This document shows, in pieces, positions 1-12,774 of a DNA stretch of 64,000 nt. The translations under genes and the position numbers were made by a program. The notes beneath the pieces are model-generated. The model ran no database searches. It saw only the letters and a program-made list of their open reading frames with translations, and was not told the DNA's origin. The DNA is from Octopus vulgaris. Taxonomy: Eukaryota. The first letter of the stretch is position 1. Every line of letters begins with the position of its first letter. The stretch lies in the NCBI GenBank assembly GCA_951406725.2, contig OX597814.1, positions 131,130,001 through 131,194,000 on the forward strand, written 5' to 3'.

Positions 1-250
1 GATTGGGCGATAGTTGATGCGAGGATCTGTTTCCCTGTTTGAAAACCGGGATGACAGACTGGGATAGGAGCTGTTTGGGTATATAACCTGAATTTAAAGA
101 ATTTTTCTAGAAGTTGGTCAGAGGGACTGCAATTTGGTGTCTACATTTCTTCAAGAGACTAGCGGACTGTGGGGTCACCGAAGCATCACCGACCGGTCCA
201 ATTTGCCAATTGCCTGATTTGTTGCTAAAAATGTGCGTGACCGGATATTG
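1..250 (-). mobile_element. Degraded LINE (CR1/L2/Jockey-like) ORF2 fragment, N-terminal part of RT domain; truncated by window edge
   Basis: Minus-strand translation gives LLKKCRHQIAVPL..F..SLNSGYIPKQLLSQSVIPVFKQGNRS.. then NYRPI (aac tat cgc cca atc), the conserved LINE RT 'P(I/V)FKKG...NYRPI' segment; stop and frameshift present. Confidence 0.8.
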
Positions 251-289
251 TCAGAGTTGTGGATTGTCTTTTTCTTTTTTTTTTCTTAG

Positions 290-985
290 ATTCTAGATTC
301 TTGTTCAGTGTCTTCTTCCTTATAACTTTTCAAGACTTTCTGAGTCTCTCTATGTACAGCTCGCTATTCATTGTACAGTCACATTCCAGAAAATCGAAGA
401 GAATGACGCCTTTGTCAGCCCCTTGGACAGTCGCCATGACGTCCTGTGTCAATCTCTGGCTCTCTGACTACTTAGGTCTTGGAGAGGAGGTGTGATGTCA
501 GTCCATGAACTAGACTTTCGTTCCCAGATCATAGAGATACCCAACGTTCCCACCCTTATCACTAAATCGGTGTTTGGTTTCAAATACATCCAGTAGATCA
601 GAGACTGCTACCTTTATCTCCTTCAAACTGGGTGTTAGCTGCCGAGATATCCGCTTTTCTAACACTTTGCTATACCCAAAATCTTCTACCATGTAACACA
701 TTGTGACTAAAGTCCAGTTGGACAGCAGGCTCACGAACTGTGACTGCGAATTAATCTGTCCATTCGCTGGAGATTCGCGTCAATAGCTGCAGTTGATAGT
801 ATTCCACAATGTAGGTTGTCTCAATGCTGGTTCACCCCTCTTTAAACTTCTTCAAGTGAAAATTTCTCTTGTCAGCAGAACCTTTTCTATAAACACACTA
901 TAGCCTTCTATCGGTGTTGGACAACCTGAACTCCTCCTCCTTCGTCAATAACACGATGACAGCACAAGAGAAACAATCAGAAAGA
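290..985 (-). mobile_element. Decayed mariner transposase remnant
   Basis: Minus frames: AVIVLLTKE..RRL*CVY..KKFKEG*TSIE (HTH region), GYSKV..RISRQLTP (WVPxxLT-like), YLYDLGTK..HHTSSPRPK..VMATV..KGVILFDFL..MNSELYI, collinear with mariner transposases; many stops and frameshifts. Confidence 0.8.
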
Positions 986-1145
986 AGAATTACTATAGAG
1001 AAAGAGTTGATCTATAAATCTGTGCAATTTGGACTACTTCTAGCTGTAATAACATAGTTATGGCCACATTTTTCATTACTCTTTGTACAGCGCCTGTATA
1101 TCAAACAGGGTCTGAGGATACTTATGTTAGTTTACATTGGTTACA

Positions 1146-1318
1146 AGTTTGTAATATTTAATACATCTGTATGCTGTGAGAACAAAAGTTTTTTTTTAAC
1201 TATTTAGTAAAGTTTGTAATATTTGACACATCTGTATGCTGTGAGAACAAAAGTTTAAAAAAAATTATTTAGTAAAGTTTGTAATATTTGATCCGTTCAT
1301 ATGCCGTGAGAATACAAG
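1146..1318. repeat. ~64-bp tandem repeat, ~2.7 copies
   Basis: aagtttgtaatattt..catctgtatgctgtgagaacaaaag recurs near 1146, 1210 and 1275. Confidence 0.8.
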
Positions 1319-1545
1319 TGTCATTTCTAAAAGTTTGTATGACGTCGGGAAGCAAGAATTATGATGTTTCAGACAGCTCAGTTTATCAGAAACAAAGTGT
1401 GTTTCGAATTTATCTGAACATATATGAGACTGAAGAATGTGATTAATGAGAGATAAAAAGAAAAAGATAGTGTACGTAAGGAGGAGATAACCAACTGAAA
1501 AGGGAATTAGAAGTAGGTCAGTGAACAATGCGATATATGTGTATT

Positions 1546-1580
<35 letters not shown>

Positions 1581-3492
1581 TACGTGCGCGAGCAAAGGTT
1601 TATGTATATATGTATATATATATTTATATATATATATATTGTCATATATATGTAAGTGAGTGTAGAGACAGACAGGCATGCATGCAGACAGACAAACAAG
1701 CAGACATGATAAATACACAAGCAGATAGACAGGCAGACAAACAGACATAACAAGAAGATTAATATGTTTAAAAATACTGTTTTAGCCATTATTAGATTAC
1801 ATTTCTGATTGGTAATAACGTTTTCTTTATCATTTTTTAAATGTAATACTGTACAGGGTTCGTGTTCTGTTAAAGTTAGTACTTTATTAACTATCTGTAG
1901 GTTGCTAGATATATTTTTTAGTTTCTAAATTTAGAGTTTGGTATGTACTGGAGTTAGGTATTTTATTAATTTTGATGATACTGATATGGAGGTCAGTTCG
2001 GAGGCTGAGTGCTGCGACCTACTTTTGTGGTTTGGCGTCAGGGAGACGGGTAGATCTTTTGTCCTGTCGGTTTTTGGAGAGGTTTATGTATTCGGAGGAG
2101 ACATTTGGCCTTGTTCCGGTCAATGAAGGGTCGAGAAACCACCCCTTTAAAAACGCGACGCGCTGGAATTTGGCGGTCAGTCGGAGGCAGTCAGTCGGTG
2201 AGGCAGTCGAGAACAGATGAGTTGACAACAGGACAGCTGGCATGAGGGTCGATGCAGAGATGACAAGCGTGGCGAGAAGGACAGGCAGATAGGATTAAGG
2301 AGCTGGGAGAGATTACGGCGAGAAGGCATGGCTATTCATAGTGGGAGTTTGTAAACGAAGAAACTTGCGGTATGTTTTTGTTATGTTTTTGAAGTGAAAT
2401 GTAAAAGAAACGAGATTATGACGTAAATTGTGAACTGTGGTGAAAAAAATGAGTTGTTAAAGAAAAAAGAATTGGTGTGTAAAAAAAGAGGAGGAAGAAG
2501 TACTGAATTAAGGAAAAGAACATTGGGGAAAGAACTGTGTGGTTGAGTTGTGTTAAAGAGTTGTTGAAAAAGAAAGAGAAAGACTTTAATGTGATTTGAA
2601 CATTGAACTGTATCGTAAACATTATTTGATTTGAACTGTTGTCTCTGAACTGTATCTGCATGCTTTGATTTGTTGTTTTCTTGTTTTCTTGCATGTATTT
2701 TCTTTGATGTAGTAATGATTGTCATAAACTGTTGTTAAAAGTAAGACCGGAGAGAACAACAACAACAACAACAACGGCAGGAAGAGATACAGAGAGAGAC
2801 GGCGGAAGGCAAGGGGCTTCATTTTGTAAGACACTTTATTTCACGTTGCTCCGCTCCGCTCAGCTAAAAATGAGTTGCATCAGCAGTTGAGAGACGGCAG
2901 GTGGTACGTAACAATACTACTTGAACGAGTCTAATTTATGCGATTATAAGTAACGTTTAGAAAATCTAGAAACTTAAAATTCTCTTCCGATGTAACTCTA
3001 CATCGTTGGTTGCAGAAGGTATGATCACTTTCTTTCGGAGCTGTCTCAAATTCTATTGGGGATTTTTACAATATTTATCTTAACTTCTGAATTGGTTTGT
3101 TATGCTCACATTCATCAACATCAAAATTTGATGAAGATAGGTCTAAAATAATTTATAATAAGCACACGAAACACGCGTCTGGAAGTCCGCTGACATCATT
3201 CAGAACCCAGCTCGAGGTGTTTTGAGACACAAAGTCTACGGAGAGAAATTCTTCGCAGAAAAGAGTCCCACACAGCGAACTTCTTCCACGTTCTGGTCCA
3301 CGGAAACGTATAAAATATAAAATATAAAATATGTATTTTAAATACGTCCAATGTAAACAAAAAAGTTTGTTTTCAAAGCGCTGAAATGTATCGTAAAACA
3401 TGTAGAGAGATAAATTTTAATCAACGCGTAAATACTGAACAGTATATATAAAGGATAAAATCCTTTTTTTCTTTAAAAGCAGAAAAATTTGT

Positions 3493-3577
3493 CGGCAGCC
3501 AGCCATAAGGATCGAACTCCCACCCTCCAATATCCGGTTGGAATGCTCTACCATTTAAGCTAAACCGCCTGACTGCC
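3493..3577 (-). pseudogene. tRNA-derived sequence (SINE head or tRNA pseudogene)
   Basis: Minus strand: A box tagcttaaatggtagagc, stem-loop ttccaa-ccggata-ttggag, B box ggagttcgatcc, enclosed by tggcagtcag/ctggctgccg; not a canonical cloverleaf. Confidence 0.6.
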
Positions 3578-3583
3578 AAACCT

Positions 3584-4090
3584 ATTTCTTTACTACCCAC
3601 AAAGCGCTAAACACAGAGAGGACAAGCAAGGACAGACAAACGGATTAAGTCGATTACATCGACCCCAGTGTGTAACTGGTACTTATTTAATCGACCCCGA
3701 AAGGATGAAAGGCAAAGTCGATCTCGACGGAATTTGAACTCACAACGTAACGGCAGACGAAATACCTATTTCTTTACTACCCACAAGGGGCTAAACACAG
3801 AGGGGTCAAACAAGGACAGACAAACGGATTAAGTCGATTACATCGACTCCAGTGCGTAACTGGTACTTATTTATTTATTGCCCACAGGGGGCTAAACATA
3901 GAGGGGACAGACAAGGGAATTAAGTCAATTATATCGACCCCAGTGATTTACTGGTACTTATTTAATCGACCCCGAAAGGATGAAGGGCAAAGTCGACCTC
4001 GGCGGAATTTGAACTCAGAACGTAGCGGCAGACAAAATACCGCAATGCATTTCGCCCGGCGTGCTAACATTTCTGCCAGCTCGCCGCCTT
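3584..4090 (-). mobile_element. tRNA-derived SINE with Meta-type central domain, internally multimerised, 16-bp TSD
   Basis: Head aaggcggcgagctggcagaaa..gagttcaaattcc, body gtcgactttgcc(c/t)ttcatcctttcggggtcgat repeated; TSD cctgactgccaaacct at 3568-3583 and 4091-4106. Confidence 0.85.
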
Positions 4091-5607
4091 CCTGACTGCC
4101 AAACCTTTTAATTAACAAGAGTCGAGTCCCCTGCTCGCGTATTTTTGCACATGATACGGAAGAAATTACAATATCACGTTTTCGAACATGATTCTGAATC
4201 GAGGAAAATACGTTTCCACAAATATTAATGAATAGCTAAAAACGTAACACATTTTCCAAAGGCAAATAATCTTTGAATCAACGATGTTCCAGCCACAACT
4301 ACCAAGTTTGTTTATTCAATCAAGTTTAGGGCTATCCTAGTGATTAGCCTGTTGGACTCAGTTTCAATAGGTTTGATTCCCTAACCGAACTGCATACGTT
4401 CATTTTGTAAGACACTTTATTTCACGTTGCTCCGCTCCGCTCAGCTAAAAATGAGTTGCATCAGCAGTCGGGGTCACGCTTCGCAAACCGTTATCCCTAA
4501 ATCTGGTAAATGCAAGATGTGAACGCATCTCGATGACTAAAGCACGCTGATGGATGGTGATGCTGCTGCTCAAGATGATGATGATGATGATGACGACGAC
4601 GACGACACGACGAGGAGGAGGAGGGGGGAATTTGAGGAGGGGGAGGAGGAGACTTACAAGCTGGAGGCTTCTATATCTAAGAATTCGAATGGCCGCCGAG
4701 AAGTTAAATTTCAAAATTTGTTGTTGAACCACTTGTGGATCAACAACATACAAACGAATAAACATTTCTAGCCGTGACCATCATGTCATGTTAGGCACCA
4801 AGTTCTCCACACCACCGACTATACTTTCCAATGTGCTCCGTAAAAAAAAAAATGGATGATTTGAGAGAGATTTGACAATTATTTCTATAAAGCGTGGTGA
4901 CCGCATAATCTCCCCTTTTTTCAAAATCTTGTTGTTTAGATCCTGGTTAGTCTTGATCCAACGGTTTTTGAACGAAAGTGTTCTAGGTATGACCATAATG
5001 TCATTTGTTAGACAGCCTGGATAGAACACTTTTTTATTACTTTTAAAACTGTGGAGTATAATTAGAGGGAGGCTAATGGCTATATCTTGCAAATCATGTG
5101 ACTACTGTGAGCAACGAATACCAACAGTTTATCATCGTGACCTATTTTGATCCTTTATTTGGAGAAATATTCCTCAGTTTTCGTTTGCGGTAAATGATTT
5201 GCTATTGCGGTAAATGATTTGCTATTCATGCCTATTGTATAACATTTTCATGAATACTTTTACATTTTATCAAATACTATTAAAGTGAGACATTTGTCTT
5301 CGTGACCCTTTCAGCACTATATTGCGACCATAGGTTTCGAATAGACACACTGTTGACACTGTCACCTACAATAAGCACAAAATTCTTCTCAAAATATCAA
5401 ATCAGGCAAACCTTCTATAAAATGCCAGGGAAATAAATAAATAAATTTCTTAAGAAAATAGCTTTAACTGCTTTTAATTTGGCCAGCGTTACCTTCCATT
5501 CACTTAAATTCTGTTCACCCAGGATCGATAAAATAGATTATGAGTCCAAAGTACATTATTTATATTATTTACATTATTTACATTTGACGGATATTTGTTT
5601 GTTGTTA

Positions 5608-5651
5608 ATACAACGTTTTGGCTGATATACCCTCCAGCCTTCATCGGGTGT
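5608..5651 (-). ncRNA. Degenerate minimal type I hammerhead motif in a short repeat (family shared with 24471-24514)
   Basis: Minus: acac CCGAUGA a ggcug-gagggtatat-cagcc AAAA cg UU gtat; GAAA mutated to AAAA, probably inactive. Confidence 0.55.
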
Positions 5652-5756
5652 CTTGAGGAAATTTTGAACCTGGGTTCAAAGTACATTTGACAATTGTTTC
5701 TATAAAGTCCAAAGTACATTTTATAGAATGTTTATTTTATTTTTTATTCTTTTATT

Positions 5757-6112
5757 TTAATTCAGTCATTTGACTGTGGCCATGCTGGAGCACCACCTTT
5801 AGGCGAACAAATCGACCGCAAGACTTATTCTTTGTAAGCCTAGTTCTTAATCTATCGGTTACTTTTGCCGAACCGCTAAGTTACAAGAACGTAAACACTC
5901 TACCATCGGTTATCAAGCGATGGTGGGGGAACAAACACAGACACGCAAACATATACGATGGGCTTCATTCAGTTTCCGTCTACCAAATCCACTCACAAGG
6001 CTTTGGTCGGCCCGAGGCTATTGTAGAAGACACTTGCCCAAGGTGCCACACAGTGGGACTGAACCCGGAACCATTTGGTTGCAAGCAAGCTATTTACCAC
6101 AACCGCTCCTGC
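5757..6112 (-). mobile_element. tRNA-derived CORE-type SINE
   Basis: Matches the family at 28937-29345 (ccgggttcagtcccactg..gcaccttgggcaagtgtcttc..ggtgctccagcatggccacagtcaaatgactgaa). Confidence 0.85.
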
Positions 6113-6235
6113 TATTCAAGAATAATTTTGTGCTTCTTATAAGATGACTCTAAACCTCTGGTCCATCGATTCGAAACCTATGATCACAATTTAATCGAGA
6201 AAAGGTCGCGAAGACAAAACGTTTTACTTCAGAAA

Positions 6236-6601
6236 TCTATATATATATATATATAAAGCTGAAGTTGTCTGTGTGTGTTTGGCAGGTTTGGTAGCCTTAT
6301 ACTAACACTATCTCCTCCGAGACCCTGCGGAAAGTATGATAGAAGAAGGCTTGCCCTTCATTCCGCAGAAGAAAAAATTCAAATCGGACCATGTTAAGAT
6401 CCAAAATTATTTACATCAAAAAAGTGCTTTTTTCTATGAAAATCCCTATTTTTTTACCATTTTTGACTGCTGTGTCGCCATTTTCCGGTGTATTTCAACC
6501 AGAAAAATGTTCACTTAAAAAGAATAATAAGCTACATAATGCAAAAATTCCAATTCTAAAGGGTCGAAATAAACCCGAGCAACGCCGGACTATACTGCTA
6601 G
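6236..6601 (+). mobile_element. Non-autonomous Helitron
   Basis: 5' TC(tatatata..), 3' GC-rich hairpin-like cccgagcaacgccgg followed by CTAG, inserted between A (6235) and T (6602); no TSD. Confidence 0.8.
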
Positions 6602-6933
6602 TATTTGATAAAATGTAAAATATACTGGAATCGTTGATATCGTCTAAGACTATCGTCTCCCAAAACTGCTGACTTTGTGTCTACAGAATGAAGCATTCAC
6701 GTAACGTCTATAAAGTTATACTTTACTGACACCTGCTAACAGTAATTTTTAATTTAATTCTTTACAATAATAATATTCGTATCCTAAAGATTCTTTAACT
6801 AAGTGGGTAAAATTCATTTAGTAAATCATTGCTCTTAATAGGTTTATATTGTTTGGAGTTAATTGACTTTAACTCTATTAGGTTAGCAATTAAAATTTTA
6901 ATGATGTATCTATGTATACATACATATACATAC

Positions 6934-7004
<71 letters not shown>

Positions 7005-7841
7005 TGTATGTATATATGTATATGTATGTATATATATGTAGTTATACTTTATGTAGATTACAATGCAGTATACTATTTCTCTTCGTAGGAAAAGTAATTA
7101 TTTATGGGAAATATATGAAGTACCTCAGTATTAGAATATTTATTTAACCTTTCTTGTTATGTAATTAACCTCAAAATTTATGAGTATTTCAGTTTTGTGG
7201 AGGTATGTGTCACTGTTTCGTTCATGTGTGTATTTATGTTTTATATGTGTGTGTATGCATATGTATATGTGTGTGTATATGAATTATATGTATGTACATA
7301 TATATATATATATGTGTGTGTGTGTGTATACACACATTCACACGCGTACATATTTGTATGTATGTATGTATGTATGTATGTATGTATGTATGTATGTATG
7401 TATGTATGTATATACGTGTGTGTATGTGTGTCTTGGATTTATTTTCCGAATTTATTTTTATACGTACGTATTTCTTTCCTGCTGGTTAAATTCACTTCGC
7501 GATCTGATAGCTTTGAGTTTGGTCTCACTAAATCGCACCTTGGCAAGTGACTTCTATTATAGACCCTGGCCTTGGGAGTGAAGTCCGTCGAAGGAAACTA
7601 TGCAGAAATCCGTGGTACATAGCTGTACGTATATATATGAATGCCACAGCATTTTTCTGTTTGAGTTTGCTTCATGCACATTTAAAACCAGTGTTGGTTT
7701 ATTAACGTTCCCGTAACATAATGGATCGGCAATAAGAGGTCGTTAATCAGGAGCGGTATCGACTGGGTCGACATAGCTTTTCAAGACATTGTCACAGCAT
7801 GGCCTCAGTTCAATGACTGAAAAAAGGAATAAAATAATGAA

Positions 7842-7919
<78 letters not shown>

Positions 7920-7975
7920 CGTGCGTGTAGGTAATCACGTGAATAATATTTTCAGAAGTCACTTCTACGGCTATA

Positions 7976-9210
7976 GGCGTAGGAGTGGCTGTGTGGTAAG
8001 TAACTTGTTTGCCAACCACATGGTTCCGGGTTCAGTCCCACTGTGAGGCACCTTGGGCAAATGTCTTCCAAACTTCCAAATTTGGAAGTGGTCTAACAAT
8101 TGGGACCTGTGTCTGAACGTGTCAAAGTGCTGTCATCTGCCTGTCGGCTCTACTCCTGCAACTCAACTTGATTTCGAGCCGGGTCGTCTGCTGCTGGAGA
8201 GGACCGATCAGGTAAAGGACCTAGGTATCTTGGTGGATTCCTCCTTTTCGCCTTCGGCCCAGTGCGTCCATGCTGCCAACAAAGCACGCGGAATTCTGTT
8301 CTTGATTCGACGGTCATTCGGAATGCTCACAGCAGCCATATTCCTACCACTCTATGTCACGCTGGTGAGACCCATATTGGAGTATGGGATTCAAGCCTCT
8401 TCTCCTTATCTCCTCAAAGACATACAGCATCTCGAAAGAGTCCAGAAGCTGGCTACCCGCATGGTTCATGGTCTCAAAAATTTGTCCTACGAAGAAAGGC
8501 TGAGGACGCTCGACCTTTATTCTCTTGAAAAACGCCACCGCCGTGGTGATCTCATTCTCGCCCACAACATCACAAGCGGAAAGTGTAACCTCTCGAAAGA
8601 GCTGTTCTTCACTCCTGCTCCAGAGCGTCGGCTGCGGGTTAATTCCGAAAAGCTCTACCTGCGACGATTTCATCTCAATCGAAGGAGAGGAGCTTTCTCC
8701 GTCCGGGTTGCGGATCCGTGGAACAAGCTGCCAGACGAGATGGTGAAGATGCCGACGACCGCTTTGTTCAAAGCCTCCCTTGACCTCAAGTGGCCTGAAC
8801 TCTTTACATGAACACCACCCTGTACTTAACTCCATGTCCCCCTACATGGCCTTGCTATTTGCTTTTGAGCCAAATTAACTAACTAACTAACTAACTAACT
8901 TGAGCCTCGGGTCGATCAAAGCCTTGTGGGTGGATTTGGTAGACGGAAACTGAAAGAAGCCCGTCGTATATATGTATATATATTTATATATGTGTGTGTA
9001 TATGTTTGTGTGTCTGTGTTTGCCCCCCCCCACATCGCTTGACCACCGATGTTGGTGTGTTTACGTCGCCGTAACTTAGCGGTTCGGCAAAACAGACTGA
9101 TAGAATAGGTACTAGGCTTACAAAGACTAAGTCCTAGGGTCGATTTGCTCGACTAAAGGCGGTGCTCCAGCATAGCCACAGTCAAATGAAACAAGAAAAA
9201 GAATAGAAGA
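7976..9210 (+). mobile_element. CORE-type SINE split by a LINE insertion (7976-8068 plus 8901-9210)
   Basis: 5' part ends ccttgggcaaatgtcttc and resumes agcctcgggtcgatcaaagccttgtg, contiguous in intact copies. Confidence 0.85.
8069..8900 (+). mobile_element. 5'-truncated CR1/L2-group LINE: ORF2 C-terminus, 3' UTR and (AACT)n tail
   Basis: Open frame to 8811 with KDLGILVD..LYVTLVRPILEY..LERVQKLATRMV..LSYEERL..L.LYSLEKR..RGDLI..FSVRV..WNKLP, typical of CR1-group ORF2 C-termini; tail aactaactaact at ~8873-8900. Confidence 0.9.
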
Positions 9211-9298
9211 GTAAGTCAAAACACTTATAGTAACAGACATAGAAGGTTAAGTTGAAAATATACTAAATGCACAAACGAATGGAAAACGAACGCAGAAG

Positions 9299-9370
9299 GC
9301 CACCATCTCCTCGTCACTTATCGGTTAGGATGTCAAAAGCAATTTCGTGCTATTATTGATAATATTGCTT
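9299..9370 (-). ncRNA. Candidate non-circularly permuted hammerhead (C3 mutated to G)
   Basis: Minus: aagcaa UA ttatc aataata gcac GAAA ttgctt ...14 nt... gataa GUGACGA ggagatg gtggc; helix III aagcaaU/Attgctt, helix I ttatc/gataa. Confidence 0.6.
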
Positions 9371-9590
9371 CCACTCTGGAGACACCAGCAAGAAAACTTG
9401 CAGGGAATGCAACCAAAACATAACAAAACAAAACGAGACGGACAAACAACGGATGAACAAGGAATACGGAAATGGACATACGAAAATGGATAAAAGTAAT
9501 TCGAGACGAGACCGTTAGTGGACGGACGAAGGGCAAAATAAACGTAATAAATAAACAGAATATAGGGCCAGACGAAGGTGACAAAAACAG

Positions 9591-9641
<51 letters not shown>

Positions 9642-9673
9642 GTGTGTGTGTGTGTGGGGTATGTGTGTGTGTG

Positions 9674-9704
<31 letters not shown>

Positions 9705-9789
9705 ACATGTATATACATATATTATACAAATGGAGAGCTAGAGGGACAAATAGAACTCTGACAGACAAACAGTGAGATCGATCGATCGA

Positions 9790-9839
9790 TTGATTGATAG
9801 ATAAATAGATAGACAGACAAACATATAAATAGATAGATC

Positions 9840-9889
<50 letters not shown>

Positions 9890-9911
9890 CAAACATATAA
9901 ATAGATAGATC

Positions 9912-9982
<71 letters not shown>

Positions 9983-10021
9983 GGATAGATGGACGGACGG
10001 ACGGATGGATGGATGGATGGA
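9790..10021. repeat. (GATA)n/(GGAT)n compound microsatellite
   Basis: Direct reading. Confidence 0.95.
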
Positions 10022-10495
10022 TTCATGCACATACATATATAAGTATATAAACAAGAGATGATGTATAAAACATCAAAAAATATATATCCACTATCATTAA
10101 CAGCTCGGTTTATAACAGGTCATTAACACTAAAATGTTATAGCATTGCAATGATTCCGCATGGGCTTGCATGCATGTAGATAATTGGTTAAAACTATCCT
10201 TAAGAGCAGCGTATATCTCTTATTATAATTTATAATAAAAGCAGAAAACTATAAATTTCAAAGATAGTTTGTAATTCAATTCAAGCCACCGTCAGTCTAT
10301 GGATAGCACAGCTCGTAACATTGTTGGTCATTTTGGAATAAATATTGTTTTAAATTAGTTCAATTCAAATTTATTTATATTTATTTGTTATGTATTTTAA
10401 TTCTTTAATTGTTGAATTAATGATGTTTATTCTTAGTGAAACAGCTGTTGAGAGTAATTAAATTATCTCTCTGCGAAATTTATGCTTTTCCTTTA

Positions 10496-10549
<54 letters not shown>

Positions 10550-11156
10550 GAGAGAGTGAGAGACAAGGAGACAGACAGACAGAGAAAGGGAAAGACTGAT
10601 CAAAACAGTTTGATTCAGACTCCTTAGTACTCTAAGTTTCAAGTGTGTGGCTAGTCTTCGGGCATTGTGAATGGGAGTTCAACTGAAGAGAGTCAATGTT
10701 TACTACTGGACGATAGCCTGCGATTATTCGAGAAAGGTCATGCAGTATAACGGTTTGATGTTGGTATTTTAGCGTCAACAATTATTTGGAAAATACCGTA
10801 TGGTGAGCAGGAAATAGACCGCGTGGTGGCCAACAAATCGGTCGTGCGGGTAAATGTGGGGGTATACATGTGTATACTTACATCATATATATTGCTCATA
10901 TATCTGCGTGTATACATCCATGCTTATACGAGAATGTGTGCTTAATTGTATATTCACGCATCTGCGTTCACGCACGCACACACCTACATACAAGTGCACA
11001 CATATACAGACACACTCGAACAGACACACACACGCGTACAAACTTTATCTTCCTGTACATATGCACATGAGGACATGCACACGCGCGTACACACACAAGT
11101 GTGCAAGTGTGCACGGATGCACATGTATATAGGCACGCACATGCACACATTTGCGC

Positions 11157-11221
<65 letters not shown>

Positions 11222-11294
11222 AATGAATGTTTTTATATATAATGAACGTGAAATACAGGAAGGGACGAACACGGAACACAGACAAATCATTCGA

Positions 11295-11363
11295 AGCCTT
11301 CAATCTTCAGTCAGACACCGAATCATCATAGCAAATTTCGGCTGTTCAATTCTGATATTTGCT
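11295..11363 (-). ncRNA. Candidate non-circularly permuted hammerhead, unit 1 of the 705-bp array
   Basis: Minus: agcaaa UA tcaga attgaac agcc GAAA tttgct atgatgattcggtg tctga CUGAAGA ttgaa ggct; helix III 7 bp, helix I 5 bp, helix II agcc/ggct after a 5-nt insert. Confidence 0.7.
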
Positions 11364-11998
11364 CCAACTCGGCCAGCCCCAAGAAAAAAAACTAAGCTGT
11401 AAGCATTAGATTTCTTGGTAGAAGACAGGAATGTGAACGCACAAGACGGATGTGAATACAAGAGACGAAAACGAAATTGAAAACAGTAATGAATAGACAA
11501 AATATATAGAACGGTGGTTGTCATACGACTTTAGACCAATGAGACAAAAACACAACAACATAGCTGGCGTAGAAATAATTACCGTTTCGGTAGCGGGGAC
11601 ACATGTTGGTCGAGATACGAAGGCCAACAGAATGGTTTAAGAAGCAGCAGGTCGCAGGAGAGAGAGAAAGAGAGACAGAGAGAGAGGGAATCAAAGAGGG
11701 TGGAAGGCAGGGGACAGAATCAGTGACCAAGGGAGAAGGAGAAAGAAGGGATTAAGGAGGATGGGAGGAAGAGGGGAGGAGGATGGGAGGAAGAATCGGA
11801 GGGCGCCAAAAAGTTTGGTGAAGAAGCAATGGCGGGTAGTAAAAGACAGTGTGTATAGAAGTCGTGCAGGTTTTAAAATTGGACAAACAAACGGGGGGGT
11901 GCACGTAACGCCGCAATAATATAAGAATGAATGTTTTTATATATAATGAACGTGAAATACAGGAAGGGACGAACACGGAACACAGACAAATCATTCGA

Positions 11999-12067
11999 AG
12001 CCTTCAATCTTCAGTCAGACACCGAATCATCATAGCAAATTTCGGCTGTTCAATTCTGATATTTGCT
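11999..12067 (-). ncRNA. Candidate non-circularly permuted hammerhead, unit 2
   Basis: Same sequence as 11295-11363. Confidence 0.7.
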
Positions 12068-12705
12068 CCAACTCGGCCAGCCCCAAGAAAAAAAAACTAA
12101 GCTGTAAGCATTAGATTTCTTGGTAGAAGACAGGAATGTGAACGCACAAGACGGATGTGAATACAAGAGACGAAAACGAAATTGAAAACAGTAATGAATA
12201 GACAAAATATATAGAACGGTGGTTGTCATACGACTTTAGACCAATGAGACAAAAACACAACAACAACATAGCTGGCGTAGAAATAATTACCGTTTCGGTA
12301 GCGGGGACACATGTTGGTCGAGATACGAAGGCCAACAGAATGGTTTAAGAAGCAGCAGGTCGCAGGAGAGAGAGAAAGAGAGACAGAGAGAGAGGGAATC
12401 AAAGAGGGTGGAAGGCAGGGGACAGAATCAGTGACCAAGGGAGAAGGAGAAAGAAGGGATTAAGGAGGATGGGAGGAAGAGGGGAGGAGGATGGGAGGAA
12501 GAATCGGAGGGCGCCAAAAAGTTTGGTGAAGAAGCAATGGCGGGTAGTAAAAGACAGTGTGTATAGAAGTCGTGCAGGTTTTAAAATTGGACAAACAAAC
12601 GGGGGGTGCACGTAACGCCGCAATAATATAAGAATGAATGTTTTTATATATAATGAACGTGAAATACAGGAAGGGACGAACACGGAACACAGACAAATCA
12701 TTCGA

Positions 12706-12774
12706 AGCCTTCAATCTTCAGTCAGACACCGAATCATCATAGCAAATTTCGGCTGTTCAATTCTGATATTTGCT
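12706..12774 (-). ncRNA. Candidate non-circularly permuted hammerhead, unit 3
   Basis: Same sequence as 11295-11363. Confidence 0.7.

Noticed and set aside
1938-2380. Possible PLE or LINE N-terminal coding remnant on the minus strand
   Set aside because: No recognisable conserved motif; cannot be assigned
3493-3577. Functional tRNA gene
   Set aside because: Acceptor and T stems and anticodon loop are non-canonical; kept only as tRNA-derived sequence
4550-4771. Acidic poly-Asp ORF as a host exon
   Set aside because: Built from (GAT/GAC/GAG)n simple repeats; no convincing splice context
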